Below, piece by piece: positions 47,432-57,485 of a stretch of DNA of 64,000 nt (within the stretch, counting starts at the first letter, position 1; the number at the start of each line of letters is the position of its first letter). The notes beneath the pieces were generated by a model, which made no database searches, was not told where the DNA came from, and saw only the letters and a program-made list of their open reading frames with translations. Origin of the DNA: Setoptus koraiensis (lineage: Eukaryota; Animalia; Arthropoda); the NCBI GenBank assembly GCA_048013815.1, contig CM106585.1, positions 14,508,001 to 14,572,000 on the forward strand. The letters are read 5' to 3'. The position numbers and the translations under genes are program-made.

Positions 47432-49477
47432 ATGTTAGAGCCACTTGTTGCGCCGATAAAGAAGCTGCTCGTTGCCAATCGTGGTGAAATAGCTTGCAGG
47501 ATCTTAAGGACGGCTAAAAAAATGAACATTGAAACAGTGGCGATCTATTCTTCTGTCGATAGTAATGCCATGCATGTTAAGATGGCTGATGAGGCGTTCC
47601 TAGTTGGTGAGCCGGAACCACAGAAGAGCTACTTGAATCAAGATCGAATTCTAGACATAGCACACAGATCATCTGTCTCGGCCATCCACCCGGGTTATGG
47701 ATTCTTGTCGGAGAATTTTGAATTCAGCCAAAGGTGTAATAATGAAGGCATTGTTTTTGTTGGCCCTTCTCCTAGTTCAATCAGAAGTATGGGCATAAAA
47801 TCAGAGTCAAAAAGAATCATGATTGACGCTAGAGTACCAGTCGTTCCGGGCTACCATGGTGTTGACCAGACGAATGATTTCTTGATGCAGCAAGCAGACC
47901 AAATCGGTTATCCTCTACTCATTAAGCCGGTTCGAGGTGGTGGAGGTAAGGGTATGCGAATCGTTCATAGAAAAGAAGAATTCTTTGATTCACTTGCGTC
48001 ATCGCGCAGGGAGTCTTTAAAGTCGTTTGGTGATCAATCCATGTTACTCGAAAAATATATACTCAGACCGAGACATATTGAAGTTCAAGTTTTTGGTGAT
48101 TCATTCATGAATCATGTTCACTTGCACGAGAGGGATTGCTCAATTCAAAGGAGGCATCAGAAAGTCATTGAGGAGGCCCCGGCACCTTTGCTATCTGATT
48201 TAAAGAGAGACGACCTGGGTATTCAGGCTGTTAAAGCTGCCAAGGCTGTAGATTACCTAGGTGCGGGAACAGTTGAATTCATAATGGACACAGATAATGG
48301 AGAGTTCTATTTTATGGAAATGAATACCAGATTGCAAGTGGAACATCCGGTCACCGAAATGATAACAGGAATAGACCTCGTAGAATGGCAATTACTGGTA
48401 GCAGCCGGCTATCCTATACCGATAAAACAAGAAGACATCCCTATGCATGGTCACTCAATAGAGGCTAGGATATATGCCGAAAATCCGAAAGACAACTTTT
48501 TGCCTGATACCGGAACACTAAATTATGTAGTGACACCCTTATCTTCGAGCAATATCAATGATAGAGATTCGACTACAATTCGACTTGATACAGGTGTTGA
48601 GACAGGCGACACTATTTCGCCCTATTATGATCCAATGATATCTAAATTGGTGGTTTGGGACAAAGATCGATCCAAGGCCATTGATAAGTTAGTTCGTTGT
48701 TTGGATAGATACAGCGTGTCTGGGGTCAGTACAAATATCGACTTCTTGAAAAAACTTGCCACCCATGAAGCCTTCGTTTCCGCCGAAGTTGGGACAGACT
48801 TTATCGACAAACACTTCGAGGTACTAATGAGAGATGATCCCTCGCCAAGTATGCATTTATATATATCTAGCAAATTTCCAACAATATGTGCGGCTTTTTT
48901 TAGATTCATCTACGATCCTCAAGAATTGGTAGACAACTCCGTTACACCTTCCATAATCAAAGACTCTTTTAGAATGATTGGGGCGCCAAGACCAAAAAGA
49001 ACGAGGAGATTCACTAGTCCATACCTGCCGAATACAATTGAAACGACTATCGAGTTGACAGGATTTCTAGAAGGACAGGTTACTGTATCGGATGCAGGAA
49101 CAGACTTCAAGCTGAGCAAAAAAGTCAGAGTTCAGAACTTTTCCACCGCTTCTTCAAGCGATTTCGACAAATTGAGAATCCAAATAGCAGACGAATCGCA
49201 ACATGAATTCTTCGTGCAATCATTAGACCTTAAGACAAAAGGTGAATCAGTTGTTATAGTTGATAGAGGCACCAACTGCAGAGAACTGTTTAAACTTGAG
49301 TTCATCGACTGTTTCAGTGAAAAGTTAGACGACAGCTCTACAGCTAACAGTCTTGGATTTAGAGGCGCAGTCTCTCCTGGTATAGAGAAAAATACGTATC
49401 AGTTAGTGATAAGTTGTCAAAGTTCAGAACCTGATTCTGGTAAATTCGATGAAAATGGAGTATACAAGCAAGGCTAG
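47432..49477 (+). CDS. MCCC1: Methylcrotonoyl-CoA carboxylase alpha subunit (biotin carboxylase); C-terminal biotin-carrier domain frameshifted, homology continues to 49566
   Basis: LLVANRGEIACR, HPGYGFLSEN, MGIKSESK and IKPVRGGGGKGMR (MCCC1-type), ERDCSIQRRHQK, EMNTRLQVEHPVTE. The SMKME motif lies in another frame at 49446-49460. First in-frame ATG is 47432 (the track starts at a TTG), so a transit-peptide exon may be missing. Confidence 0.9.
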   Translation: MLEPLVAPIKKLLVANRGEIACRILRTAKKMNIETVAIYSSVDSNAMHVKMADEAFLVGEPEPQKSYLNQDRILDIAHRSSVSAIHPGYGFLSENFEFSQRCNNEGIVFVGPSPSSIRSMGIKSESKRIMIDARVPVVPGYHGVDQTNDFLMQQADQIGYPLLIKPVRGGGGKGMRIVHRKEEFFDSLASSRRESLKSFGDQSMLLEKYILRPRHIEVQVFGDSFMNHVHLHERDCSIQRRHQKVIEEAPAPLLSDLKRDDLGIQAVKAAKAVDYLGAGTVEFIMDTDNGEFYFMEMNTRLQVEHPVTEMITGIDLVEWQLLVAAGYPIPIKQEDIPMHGHSIEARIYAENPKDNFLPDTGTLNYVVTPLSSSNINDRDSTTIRLDTGVETGDTISPYYDPMISKLVVWDKDRSKAIDKLVRCLDRYSVSGVSTNIDFLKKLATHEAFVSAEVGTDFIDKHFEVLMRDDPSPSMHLYISSKFPTICAAFFRFIYDPQELVDNSVTPSIIKDSFRMIGAPRPKRTRRFTSPYLPNTIETTIELTGFLEGQVTVSDAGTDFKLSKKVRVQNFSTASSSDFDKLRIQIADESQHEFFVQSLDLKTKGESVVIVDRGTNCRELFKLEFIDCFSEKLDDSSTANSLGFRGAVSPGIEKNTYQLVISCQSSEPDSGKFDENGVYKQG

Positions 49478-49716
49478 CGATGATGGCGTAGTTCGAAACT
49501 GTAACTTGCTCAGTTGGCGATATTGTTAGTAAAGATTCTGTTTTAATAACTTTACACCAAGAATGAAATGATGTGAATGCCAATGAAAATGTGCGATCGT
49601 ATCGTCAGCAGTATCAAATGATCTAGTTGGATTGTTATTCACGGCAGAGAGACACAAGTTTCATGGATGTGAATTTGTAAGTGCAAATCATAATTTATTT
49701 AATTTGTTGAACAAGT

Positions 49717-50493
49717 TTAATCCTTTTCTTTGGGTACTGTTCCCTTACCACCTCTGATTCTACCTGTTCTTCTTGCGGCAATCAGACCAACCTTTCTACC
49801 GGCTGATGCGTCTCGTCTTACAGTTGAGGCATGACCAATGTGTTGATGGTTACCTCCTCCGTGAGGATGCTCGACTGGGTTCATAGCCACACCACGAACC
49901 TTGGGCCAGCTGTTACGCTTCGCCTTGTACTTGTGATAGGCACGGCCAGCCTTCAAGATAGGCTTTTCTGTACGACCACCGCCAGCGATGATACCAATCA
50001 TGGCACGGTTCTGTGATGATACGGTCTTTTTGGCTCCAGATGGAAGCTTCAGCTTGGTCTTCTTGGTATCTGGGTTGTGTGCTACAACAGTGGCGTAGCC
50101 TCCCGAGGCGCGGGCCAATTTGCCTCTATCACCGGCTTTCTCTTCAACATTACAAATTGTTGTACCTTCGGGCAAGTTTCCTACAGGTAAGACATTTCCG
50201 ATTGTCAAAGTTGCACGACGACCACAGTAGATGAATTGACCTGAGTACATTCCTTCGGCCGCTAAGAACAGCTCTTTGTTATGTCTGAACTTGTATGGAT
50301 CTCTGAAGTCTACTCTAGCCAATGGTGCACCACGACCTGGATCGTGAATAATCTCTTTGATTACTCCTTTGATGTAACCATGACGCTCAGAGTAGTCGAT
50401 GGGCCTCAATTTGGCTGCTCCCTTGCGATGCTTGTTGTGGCTTTTGAAAATACCACCGGCACCTTTACGTTGTCCTCTGATCACTCGTCCCAT
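49717..50493 (-). CDS. RPL8: 60S ribosomal protein L8 (uL2), copy B (probably the parental copy, tail-to-tail with MCCC1)
   Basis: Protein identical to copy A, with three synonymous differences seen. Confidence 0.98.
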   Translation of the reverse strand: MGRVIRGQRKGAGGIFKSHNKHRKGAAKLRPIDYSERHGYIKGVIKEIIHDPGRGAPLARVDFRDPYKFRHNKELFLAAEGMYSGQFIYCGRRATLTIGNVLPVGNLPEGTTICNVEEKAGDRGKLARASGGYATVVAHNPDTKKTKLKLPSGAKKTVSSQNRAMIGIIAGGGRTEKPILKAGRAYHKYKAKRNSWPKVRGVAMNPVEHPHGGGNHQHIGHASTVRRDASAGRKVGLIAARRTGRIRGGKGTVPKEKD

Positions 50494-50639
50494 GGTGAAT
50501 AATTGATTGCGGTTGTGTGTCCTAGTCTATATTCAGTATTTTTCTATAGAAAATAAGATGCAATGCCTAAAATTAATTAGCCTAGAAATTAATAACAATT
50601 CCGATGATACGTTGTACAATCCAGACTGACAAGCGTGAT

Positions 50640-50656
50640 AAATCCGGTCATGCGCA
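50640..50656 (-). promoter_or_regulatory. 17-mer TGCGCATGACCGGATTT upstream of RPL8 copy B
   Basis: Followed on the minus strand by a TCAGT Inr-like element a few nt downstream. Confidence 0.55.
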
Positions 50657-50927
50657 GGGATGCTAGATTCGCACTGAATCCCGCGAATTTCGAACATCCC
50701 TATTCGTAACAAATAATTCGTTTCGAATTGGTCGAAAGTTTCGACTCGAAAAGTCCCGCTGGTTGAGTGATCGCCGATCACTGATCGGGGAGTTGGGGAG
50801 GCGTACATGTATTGTTTGAGAACGCAAGCTCGCATTTTCAACAGGGGAGAGCTCGCCATTAGAAGAGAAAAACTTACCCGGGCGCCTCCGAGGTCAAACT
50901 GCCAGACGTCCGAGAGGAACACCAGAG

Positions 50928-51540
50928 TATATAGTGCTCCTACATCTCCGAGCAATATTAACGATAGAGATTCGACTTGATACAGATGTTGAGCTGGGCG
51001 ACACTATTCCGCCATATTATGATCCGATGATATTTAATTAGTCACCCCTTCTTCATACGATTTCGACTCGCTGTACACTCCTGCGAGTTCTGTGCGCCCC
51101 TGGCGGCGAAAAAAAGAAGTATAGTAGAGAAGCTAATAGCAAAAGCGCGCACAGTAGCGCACTCTTTTAGAATGATTGGGGCGCCAAGGCCGAAAAGAGC
51201 GAGGCTATTCATTAGACCTTAAGACAAAAGGTGAATCAGTTGTTATAGTTGATAGAGGCACCAACTGCAGAGAACTGTTTAACTCGAGTTCATCAACTGT
51301 TTCAGTGAAAAGTTAGACGAAAGATTTACAGCTAACAGTCTTGGATTTAGAGGCACGATCTCTCTTATGGTAGCAGTTAGTGATAAAGTTGTCAAAGTTC
51401 AGAACCTTATTCTGGTAAATTCGATGAAAATGGAGTATACAAGCAAGGCTAGCGATGATGGCGTGTTTGAAACTATAACTTGTTCAGTTGGCGATATTGT
51501 TAGTAAAGATTCTGTTTTAATAACTTTACACCAAGAATGA
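50928..51540 (+). pseudogene. MCCC1: Degenerate, multiply deleted MCCC1 copy in three fragments, ending in an in-frame 57-aa partial biotin-carrier ORF (51367-51540)
   Basis: About 50928-51040 matches 48524-48650, with a deletion between two TTCGACT microhomologies. 51161-51204 matches 48963-49006. From 51209 onward matches from 49220 onward. Confidence 0.9.
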
Positions 51541-51689
51541 AATGATGTAAATACCAATGAAAATGTGCGATCGTATCGTCACAGTATCAAATGATCTAGT
51601 TGGATTGTTATTCACGGCAGAGAGACACAAGTTTCATGGATGTGAATTTGTAAGTGCAAATCATAATTTATTTAATTTGTTGAACAAGT

Positions 51690-52124
51690 TTAATCCTTTT
51701 CTTTGGGTACTGTTCCCTTACCACCTCTGATTCTACCTGTTCTTCTTGCGGCAATCAGACCAACCTTTCTACCGGCTGATGCGTCTCGTCTTACAGTTGA
51801 GGCATGACCAATGTGTTGATGGTTACCTCCTCCGTGAGGATGCTCGACTGGGTTCATAGCCACACCACGAACCTTGGGCCAGCTGTTACGCTTCGCCTTG
51901 TACTTGTGATAGGCACGGCCAGCCTTCAAGATAGGCTTTTCTGTACGACCACCGCCAGCGATGATACCAATCATGGCACGGTTCTGTGATGATACGGTCT
52001 TTTTGGCTCCAGATGGAAGCTTCAGCTTGGTCTTCTTGGTATCTGGGTTGTGTGCTACAACAGTGGCGTAGCCTCCCGAGGCGCGGGCCAATTTGCCTCT
52101 ATCGCGGGCTTTCTCTTCTACGTT
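51690..52124 (-). pseudogene. RPL8: 5'-truncated RPL8, copy C (residues about 115-258)
   Basis: Near-identical to copy B from NVEEK to the stop. The upstream part of the 189-aa track ORF is unrelated sequence. Confidence 0.92.
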
Positions 52125-52203
52125 GGGTATAGTAGAGAAAATAGTGGTCTCAGTTGGTGATGGATTGATCAATGGTGAGTTGACTAAAGGTGACTTGTTG
52201 ATT

Positions 52204-52274
52204 CTCAACGGCCGGGACGAGTGCAATATAAGGTTAATGAGCAGAATATATCGACACATATCACGACCGTCGAG
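52204..52274 (-). ncRNA. mir-92: miR-92-family pre-miRNA hairpin (3p mature about TATTGCACTCGTCCCGGCCGTT, 52207-52228)
   Basis: Seed ATTGCAC and body match miR-92 (compare TATTGCACTCGTCCCGGCC). The 5p arm CTCGACGGTCGTGATATGTGTCGATATATT pairs with it. 71-nt fold-back. Confidence 0.9.
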
Positions 52275-52408
52275 CTGTTGGGGGGTGAGGCTTGTGCGCC
52301 AGTGAGTTGATTGTCGGTCACTATCGGTGTTTGGTGAGCTGATTTGATTGGAAGAAGTGGTTAGAGGTGAGGCGACTTGAGGCGAGCTGAGTGAGATCGC
52401 GCTGGCTG

Positions 52409-52480
52409 CTCAACGGCCGGGACGAGTGCAATATACAGAGCAACAAGTATAATATATCGACACCTATCACGACCGTCGAG
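52409..52480 (-). ncRNA. mir-92: miR-92-family pre-miRNA hairpin
   Basis: Identical 27-nt 3p arm, 5p arm with one change, different loop. 72 nt. Confidence 0.9.
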
Positions 52481-52618
52481 TGAGGACCGTGGAAAAGTTG
52501 GCGCATGTTGAGTTGGTTGACACGATGTTACTTTGACCAATTGGGCCAATTTGGCCACTTGAATCTCTGACTGATTTACTGATTCACTGGCTGATGGGCG
52601 GCGGTTCGGATGTCGCGT

Positions 52619-52692
52619 CTCAACGGCCGGGACGAGTGCAATATAATTATTAATTGTTATTCAATACATTGGCACTGGTCACAACCGTCGAG
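52619..52692 (-). ncRNA. mir-92: miR-92-family pre-miRNA hairpin
   Basis: Identical 27-nt 3p arm. Diverged 5p arm (CTCGACGGTTGTGACCAGTGCCAATGTATT) that still pairs. 74 nt. Confidence 0.88.
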
Positions 52693-52799
52693 ACCACTGT
52701 ATCATGGACAAATGTATGGGCCTTGTTTTTATACTTGCCGTAGTGTGTGTGTGCAGCGATTTCAGTACGTGAATGCTAAATTTTGAGCGCGTTGTTTCT

Positions 52800-53922
52800 T
52801 CAGTGCACACACAATGCGCACGCACGCACGCACACACACACGGACAAACAAATTCTATTGTGATCTTCATCCCCGTTGCCCCATCCCCTTGGTCGGTGCG
52901 CTGTGCTGCGTTGTTCGTCGTCATCCCCATCCTCGTCGTCATGTTCATCTCGGCCGTCATGTGGGCCGTCGTGGTCGTCACGTTCTTCGTTTTCATCATC
53001 ATCATCATCTCGACGTAGTCTCGCACAAACACACACACACACACACGCTACACGCGTTCTTTGTGCCAGACACACGGCGAAACAGACAAACAACAAGAAA
53101 GTCGCACAACCGTGCGTCTGTGTGTGTGTGTGTGTGTGCAGGCAGAAGCGGCAAAGGCGAACATTCCCCCTCGTGTGTGTGTGTGTGTGTCTATTGTGTG
53201 ATGCTGCTGCTGCTGCAGTTGTTGGTCTTCGTCGCGCACTCACAATGATTTTAAATTCAATCGTCGCAACAGCACACTGTTGCCAATGGTGCCCCCTAAC
53301 AATAGCTTCATCACTGCATGTCGCGCGTTCTCTCCCCTCCCGGCGTCTTGTTGTCGTCGTCGTTGGTCAACACAACGAGCACACTGCAACACAAAGAGGA
53401 GCAGCAGCGCCAGCCGAAGCAACAGCCGCTCACACTCACACAATGCGCGCTGGCCATTGCCGGTAGTCTGCAGTGTGCACAACTATACTACAGAATAACG
53501 ACGATGATCAACGCAGCACAGTACGCGCACATACAGCAGCACGATGATTGGTGGTGCGCTCGCTGCTGCCAGCTAGCACCAGTAGGCAGTAGGCGCACTA
53601 AAAAGAAAAGATAAATTGCACACAAACGGGCCAGTGGCGCGCTTTGTTGTTGGTCTTGCACGTTCTCTCTCGCTCTCCCTTTACCAGTCCAACCAAATGT
53701 TTGCGAGTGCCGAACTATTGCCACAGACACACACACACACAACAGAATGCTGCTGCTGCTGCTGCTGGAACGTACTACGTAAATACGTGTAAAAATTGAG
53801 CGCGTTTTTGGCAACCATACCCAATTGTTGATTCTGCGTGTGTTTGTTGCTGCTGCCTCGATCACTATAATGGTGGCCAGGCTGGCCACCATCAGCACTT
53901 GTGGCGACAGCGCCGGCGCCAT
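52800..53922 (-). CDS. Candidate spliced gene for a hydrophobic-leader, Asp/Glu/His-rich protein
   Basis: Putative exons 53467-53244 (GTGAGT donor) and 53019-52800 (DDDDDENEERDDHDGPHDGRDEHDDED) join in phase. A possible first exon starts at ATG 53922. The downstream acceptor is a weak GAG. Confidence 0.25.
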
Positions 53923-54524
53923 TTGACACTAGCAGACGGTTCGCAAACATGTGAACCATTCGCTCGGACCGATAGTGGTGACTGCCGGCCACGCCAGTGC
54001 TGCTAGAGGTTGCTGTTGCTGGTGGTGCTGGTAGAGGTGTAGGGCAACAACTGCGACGGGAGGGATTATTTAAAATGGCCAATTGCAGCAGGGGAAAATC
54101 ACCAACCACCACGAACTATAACCATTGAATGTGAGCCATATAATCATCATAGGAGCGTGAAGAAGAAACATACGCAGCGGCAGAAATACTGCTGCTGCTG
54201 CGCCGGCCGCTGCGGCACCAGCAACAGGATAGAGAATTCGCGTACAGATTAGAAGAGGACACAAACTAGAGAGTAAACAGATGTGCTAATGGCGTCAGTT
54301 CTTGCTAGTCGAGATGCCTTCATACTTGCGAGAATGAATGCAACGAAACTTCACATTTAGGAAGAATACCCACGTTTTATTCAAAGACACGGGCACGCGC
54401 AGATAAAGGATTCTACCCATTTCAGCTGCCTGTGTCCCCGTGCGTGTGTGTGTGTGTGTGTGTGTGAGTATATGTATGTACTATTATTATTTCTATTATT
54501 TCATGCCGTCTCGTTTACAATACT

Positions 54525-57485
54525 TCACTTCTTACGCTGCTTCTTCTTCGCCGATTCGTTGTTAGATACCGATGGTACTATTGTGGATTGACTTGCTGCA
54601 CGCTTGTTGGGACCTCGTGTTGAACCCACCTTTGGACCAGGTTTTTTCTTTGTTTGTTTCTCCTTCTCCTCTAATTCCTGATTCTCTCTCTCAATTAGAG
54701 TTATCAATGTGTTGCATCTTCGTTGCAACTCACTAGCGGTACGACTTTTGATAAACCAGTCAAACCTAAATTGTGGCGCTCTTCTTATTGCTGCTTTCAA
54801 CTCCTCATACACCATATCCCTATCAAAGCCTAATTGGTGTAACATACAAATTAGAAATCTGTCCTCCTCTTCTGTATAATTTTTACCCTTGTTAGTACCA
54901 TATTGTATTCTTAATTGATGGAATGGTGCGCGATATCGAGAAATTTTAGCATCTAGTGCTCGCTTTATGTCCTGCTTACGCTGGATGCGCTGTTCACCTT
55001 TCTCTACTTGCGCTAAAATCTTATCACAATCTGTCAATTCATGGTATCGCTCCCAAAAGACATTAGCGTATTCCACTACCTCTTCAGCTGTCTTCCCTTC
55101 AACTTCTTTGGAGATGTTGTCGTAATCGTCGCGACCATACTTTTCATTAGCCTTGAGAAACTGATTAAAGTCTCTCCTTGTCCAGTTTGTGAATCCCTGC
55201 GTCAACAGGTCCTCTTTTTCTGCTAATTCCTCTTCTGTCAAAGCTTCGCTGTCATCTATTTTCTTTTGTTCTTCGCGCTGTATCTTTGCAGCATCAGCGC
55301 CAAGATCTGGATTCTTTGGTACTTTATAGCCCACTGTCTTACGATAGAAATAAATTTCTTTATCGAGTAGTTCGAAAAGTCTGGGTGGGAAAAATTGGAA
55401 GTCCTGTACATTTGGTTGTTTTGGGGGACGTGGGGCCTTGGGTGCTCTTGGTTCACTGACCCTAAGAGCCTCTCTGAAATAGGCATCGACAGCGTAATTG
55501 GCTTTGCGCTCTCGTTTTGGGGGTTCTATCCAAGCTAAGTGAGCCATCTTCTGCTTCTCACGATAATCTTCACCTTGAAACTGATACACGCTGTAATCAC
55601 CTGTATCTAATGTGAAGTTTCTCAAACTGCTCTCTCCTAATTTTTCCATTTTTTCCTTCATTTGTGCCGTTTTCTTTTGACCTCTCTCCAGTATAGCATC
55701 AATGTCTTCCTCAGTAATTTCACTGTCTTTGGATGCAAATATGTGGTCAGCGCCGTGTCTGATCATGCCCAACATTTCCTCTTTGGCGAGCTTATTTCCG
55801 GCCGCATCGGCCAATCTACCTTGTTGTATGACAACTGTATCCAAGCGCAATTTCATTTCCGCTCGTTCTATAATTCTTTCCTCAACAGTATTCTCGGTCA
55901 CTAGCCTAAAAACTCTTACTACTTTCTTCTGACCGATACGATGAGCTCTGTCCATGGCTTGAAGGTCGACCTGAGGATTCCAATCCGAATCGTAGATTAT
56001 GACCACATCGGCAGTCGCTAAATTGATTCCTAACCCTCCTGCTCTTGTACTAAGCATAAATATAAATTTTTCACTGTCGGGTTTGTTATATTCTTCAATA
56101 CTGCGCTCACGATCGACATGTGCTGTTTGACCATCAAGACGACAGTATTTGTATTGACGCCACAAGCAGAAGTCCTCCAGAATATCCAGCATACGTGTCA
56201 TTTGAGAGAATATGAGTACACGACTTCCTTGCTCCTGCAATCGGGGTAGCAACTTGTCTAGAATGCACATTTTACCGCAATTGTCTATAAGATGTTTGTC
56301 GGTTGTATATGGAGGTCCGGGTTCCACGCCATCAAATAGATATGGATGATTAGAGCATTTTCTTAGCTGTACAAGAATATTAAGTAAACGCATTTTATCC
56401 AATTTGCCGGCTCCGTTGACAATATCGATATCTTTCATGAGGATCTTTGTGTACAATTCACGCTGCATTTTACTCAGGCCAACGTATACTTTCACTTCTT
56501 GTTTGGGGGCTAACCTCTTTTCGACATCGCTTTTAAGACGACGTAAGAGAAAGGGTTTGAGTACTGCGTGTAATCTTGTTATGATGGTGTCATCTCCTAT
56601 TAGGCAACTGTCAGTGTTGAACCAACTATCGAAGTCTTCACTGGAATCAAAAACGTCGGGCAATAAAAAGTTGAGTAGAGCCCACAATTCGTGAAGATTG
56701 TTCTGTAATGGTGTACCTGTGAGTAATAATCTATTAGTACATGAGAATTCTCTAACAAACTCCGATAGTTTTGATTTCTCGTTTTTGATCCTGTGCGCTT
56801 CGTCTATCACTATATATCGCCAATCAAACTTTTTGAGTTGTGCTTTTTCTCTAATTATCATCTCATAAGATGTTACGCAAACATCCCACTCCATCGGATC
56901 GGTAAACATGACATCACGTAAGATGGCTTGACGGCTAGCTTCGTCACCGATAAGACAGACGGGTCTCAGAGATGGACACCATCGTTTTATTTCATTCATC
57001 CAATTAGTAAGCGTTGATTTTGGTGAAATGACCATGTGAGGACCAGGTGCATTTTTGTAATGCTTCATGAAACCAAGAAGAGAGATGGTTTGCAATGTTT
57101 TACCTAAACCCATCTCGTCTGCCAGTATTCCATTGATGCCACTCTCTTCTAGTCCTATCATCCAGTTTAGACCACGGATTTGGTAGTCTCGCATTTCACC
57201 TCCTTCAATATATTTGGGGCTATGATCAAATCGGATGGAGCTCTGGGCTTTGCGACTCTGGGCCAACAATTCCTCATCTTCCTCTTGTTCAGTTCTTCTA
57301 TGTCTGTTATCATTTAAAGCTCGACTCGCTTTTTTGGCTGCACTCTCTTCAACTTGGTCTTCCTGTTTGACGGCCTCGTCAGGGTGCGCTGGATCTCCAT
57401 CGTTATTATTGTCAAGATTACCTTTATTCTTGAACGATTCAATGAGCTTCTTCAGGGCGTCCTTAGTAACACGTGCTTGATCCAT
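54525..57485 (-). CDS. ISWI: ISWI / SNF2H chromatin-remodelling ATPase, 986 aa, intronless
   Basis: [59 protein letters not shown], and a HAND-SANT-SLIDE C-terminus ([11 protein letters not shown]). Confidence 0.98.
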   Translation of the reverse strand: MDQARVTKDALKKLIESFKNKGNLDNNNDGDPAHPDEAVKQEDQVEESAAKKASRALNDNRHRRTEQEEDEELLAQSRKAQSSIRFDHSPKYIEGGEMRDYQIRGLNWMIGLEESGINGILADEMGLGKTLQTISLLGFMKHYKNAPGPHMVISPKSTLTNWMNEIKRWCPSLRPVCLIGDEASRQAILRDVMFTDPMEWDVCVTSYEMIIREKAQLKKFDWRYIVIDEAHRIKNEKSKLSEFVREFSCTNRLLLTGTPLQNNLHELWALLNFLLPDVFDSSEDFDSWFNTDSCLIGDDTIITRLHAVLKPFLLRRLKSDVEKRLAPKQEVKVYVGLSKMQRELYTKILMKDIDIVNGAGKLDKMRLLNILVQLRKCSNHPYLFDGVEPGPPYTTDKHLIDNCGKMCILDKLLPRLQEQGSRVLIFSQMTRMLDILEDFCLWRQYKYCRLDGQTAHVDRERSIEEYNKPDSEKFIFMLSTRAGGLGINLATADVVIIYDSDWNPQVDLQAMDRAHRIGQKKVVRVFRLVTENTVEERIIERAEMKLRLDTVVIQQGRLADAAGNKLAKEEMLGMIRHGADHIFASKDSEITEEDIDAILERGQKKTAQMKEKMEKLGESSLRNFTLDTGDYSVYQFQGEDYREKQKMAHLAWIEPPKRERKANYAVDAYFREALRVSEPRAPKAPRPPKQPNVQDFQFFPPRLFELLDKEIYFYRKTVGYKVPKNPDLGADAAKIQREEQKKIDDSEALTEEELAEKEDLLTQGFTNWTRRDFNQFLKANEKYGRDDYDNISKEVEGKTAEEVVEYANVFWERYHELTDCDKILAQVEKGEQRIQRKQDIKRALDAKISRYRAPFHQLRIQYGTNKGKNYTEEEDRFLICMLHQLGFDRDMVYEELKAAIRRAPQFRFDWFIKSRTASELQRRCNTLITLIERENQELEEKEKQTKKKPGPKVGSTRGPNKRAASQSTIVPSVSNNESAKKKQRKK

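Noticed and set aside
45046-50502. Duplicated small antisense ORFs ([10 protein letters not shown]…, MMIRSFWLQ…, [10 protein letters not shown]…)
   Set aside because: Antisense shadows of RPL8, useful only for revealing the synonymous differences between copies.
50533-50955. 140-aa minus ORF containing FDLGG (Sar1-like G3 motif)
   Set aside because: No G1/G4 motifs, a TTG start, and it overlaps the MCCC1 relic and the RPL8 upstream region.
52204-52692. CRISPR-like reading of three identical 27-nt repeats with unique spacers
   Set aside because: Eukaryotic context, no cas genes, spacers of about 180 nt, and each repeat is the arm of a miR-92 hairpin.
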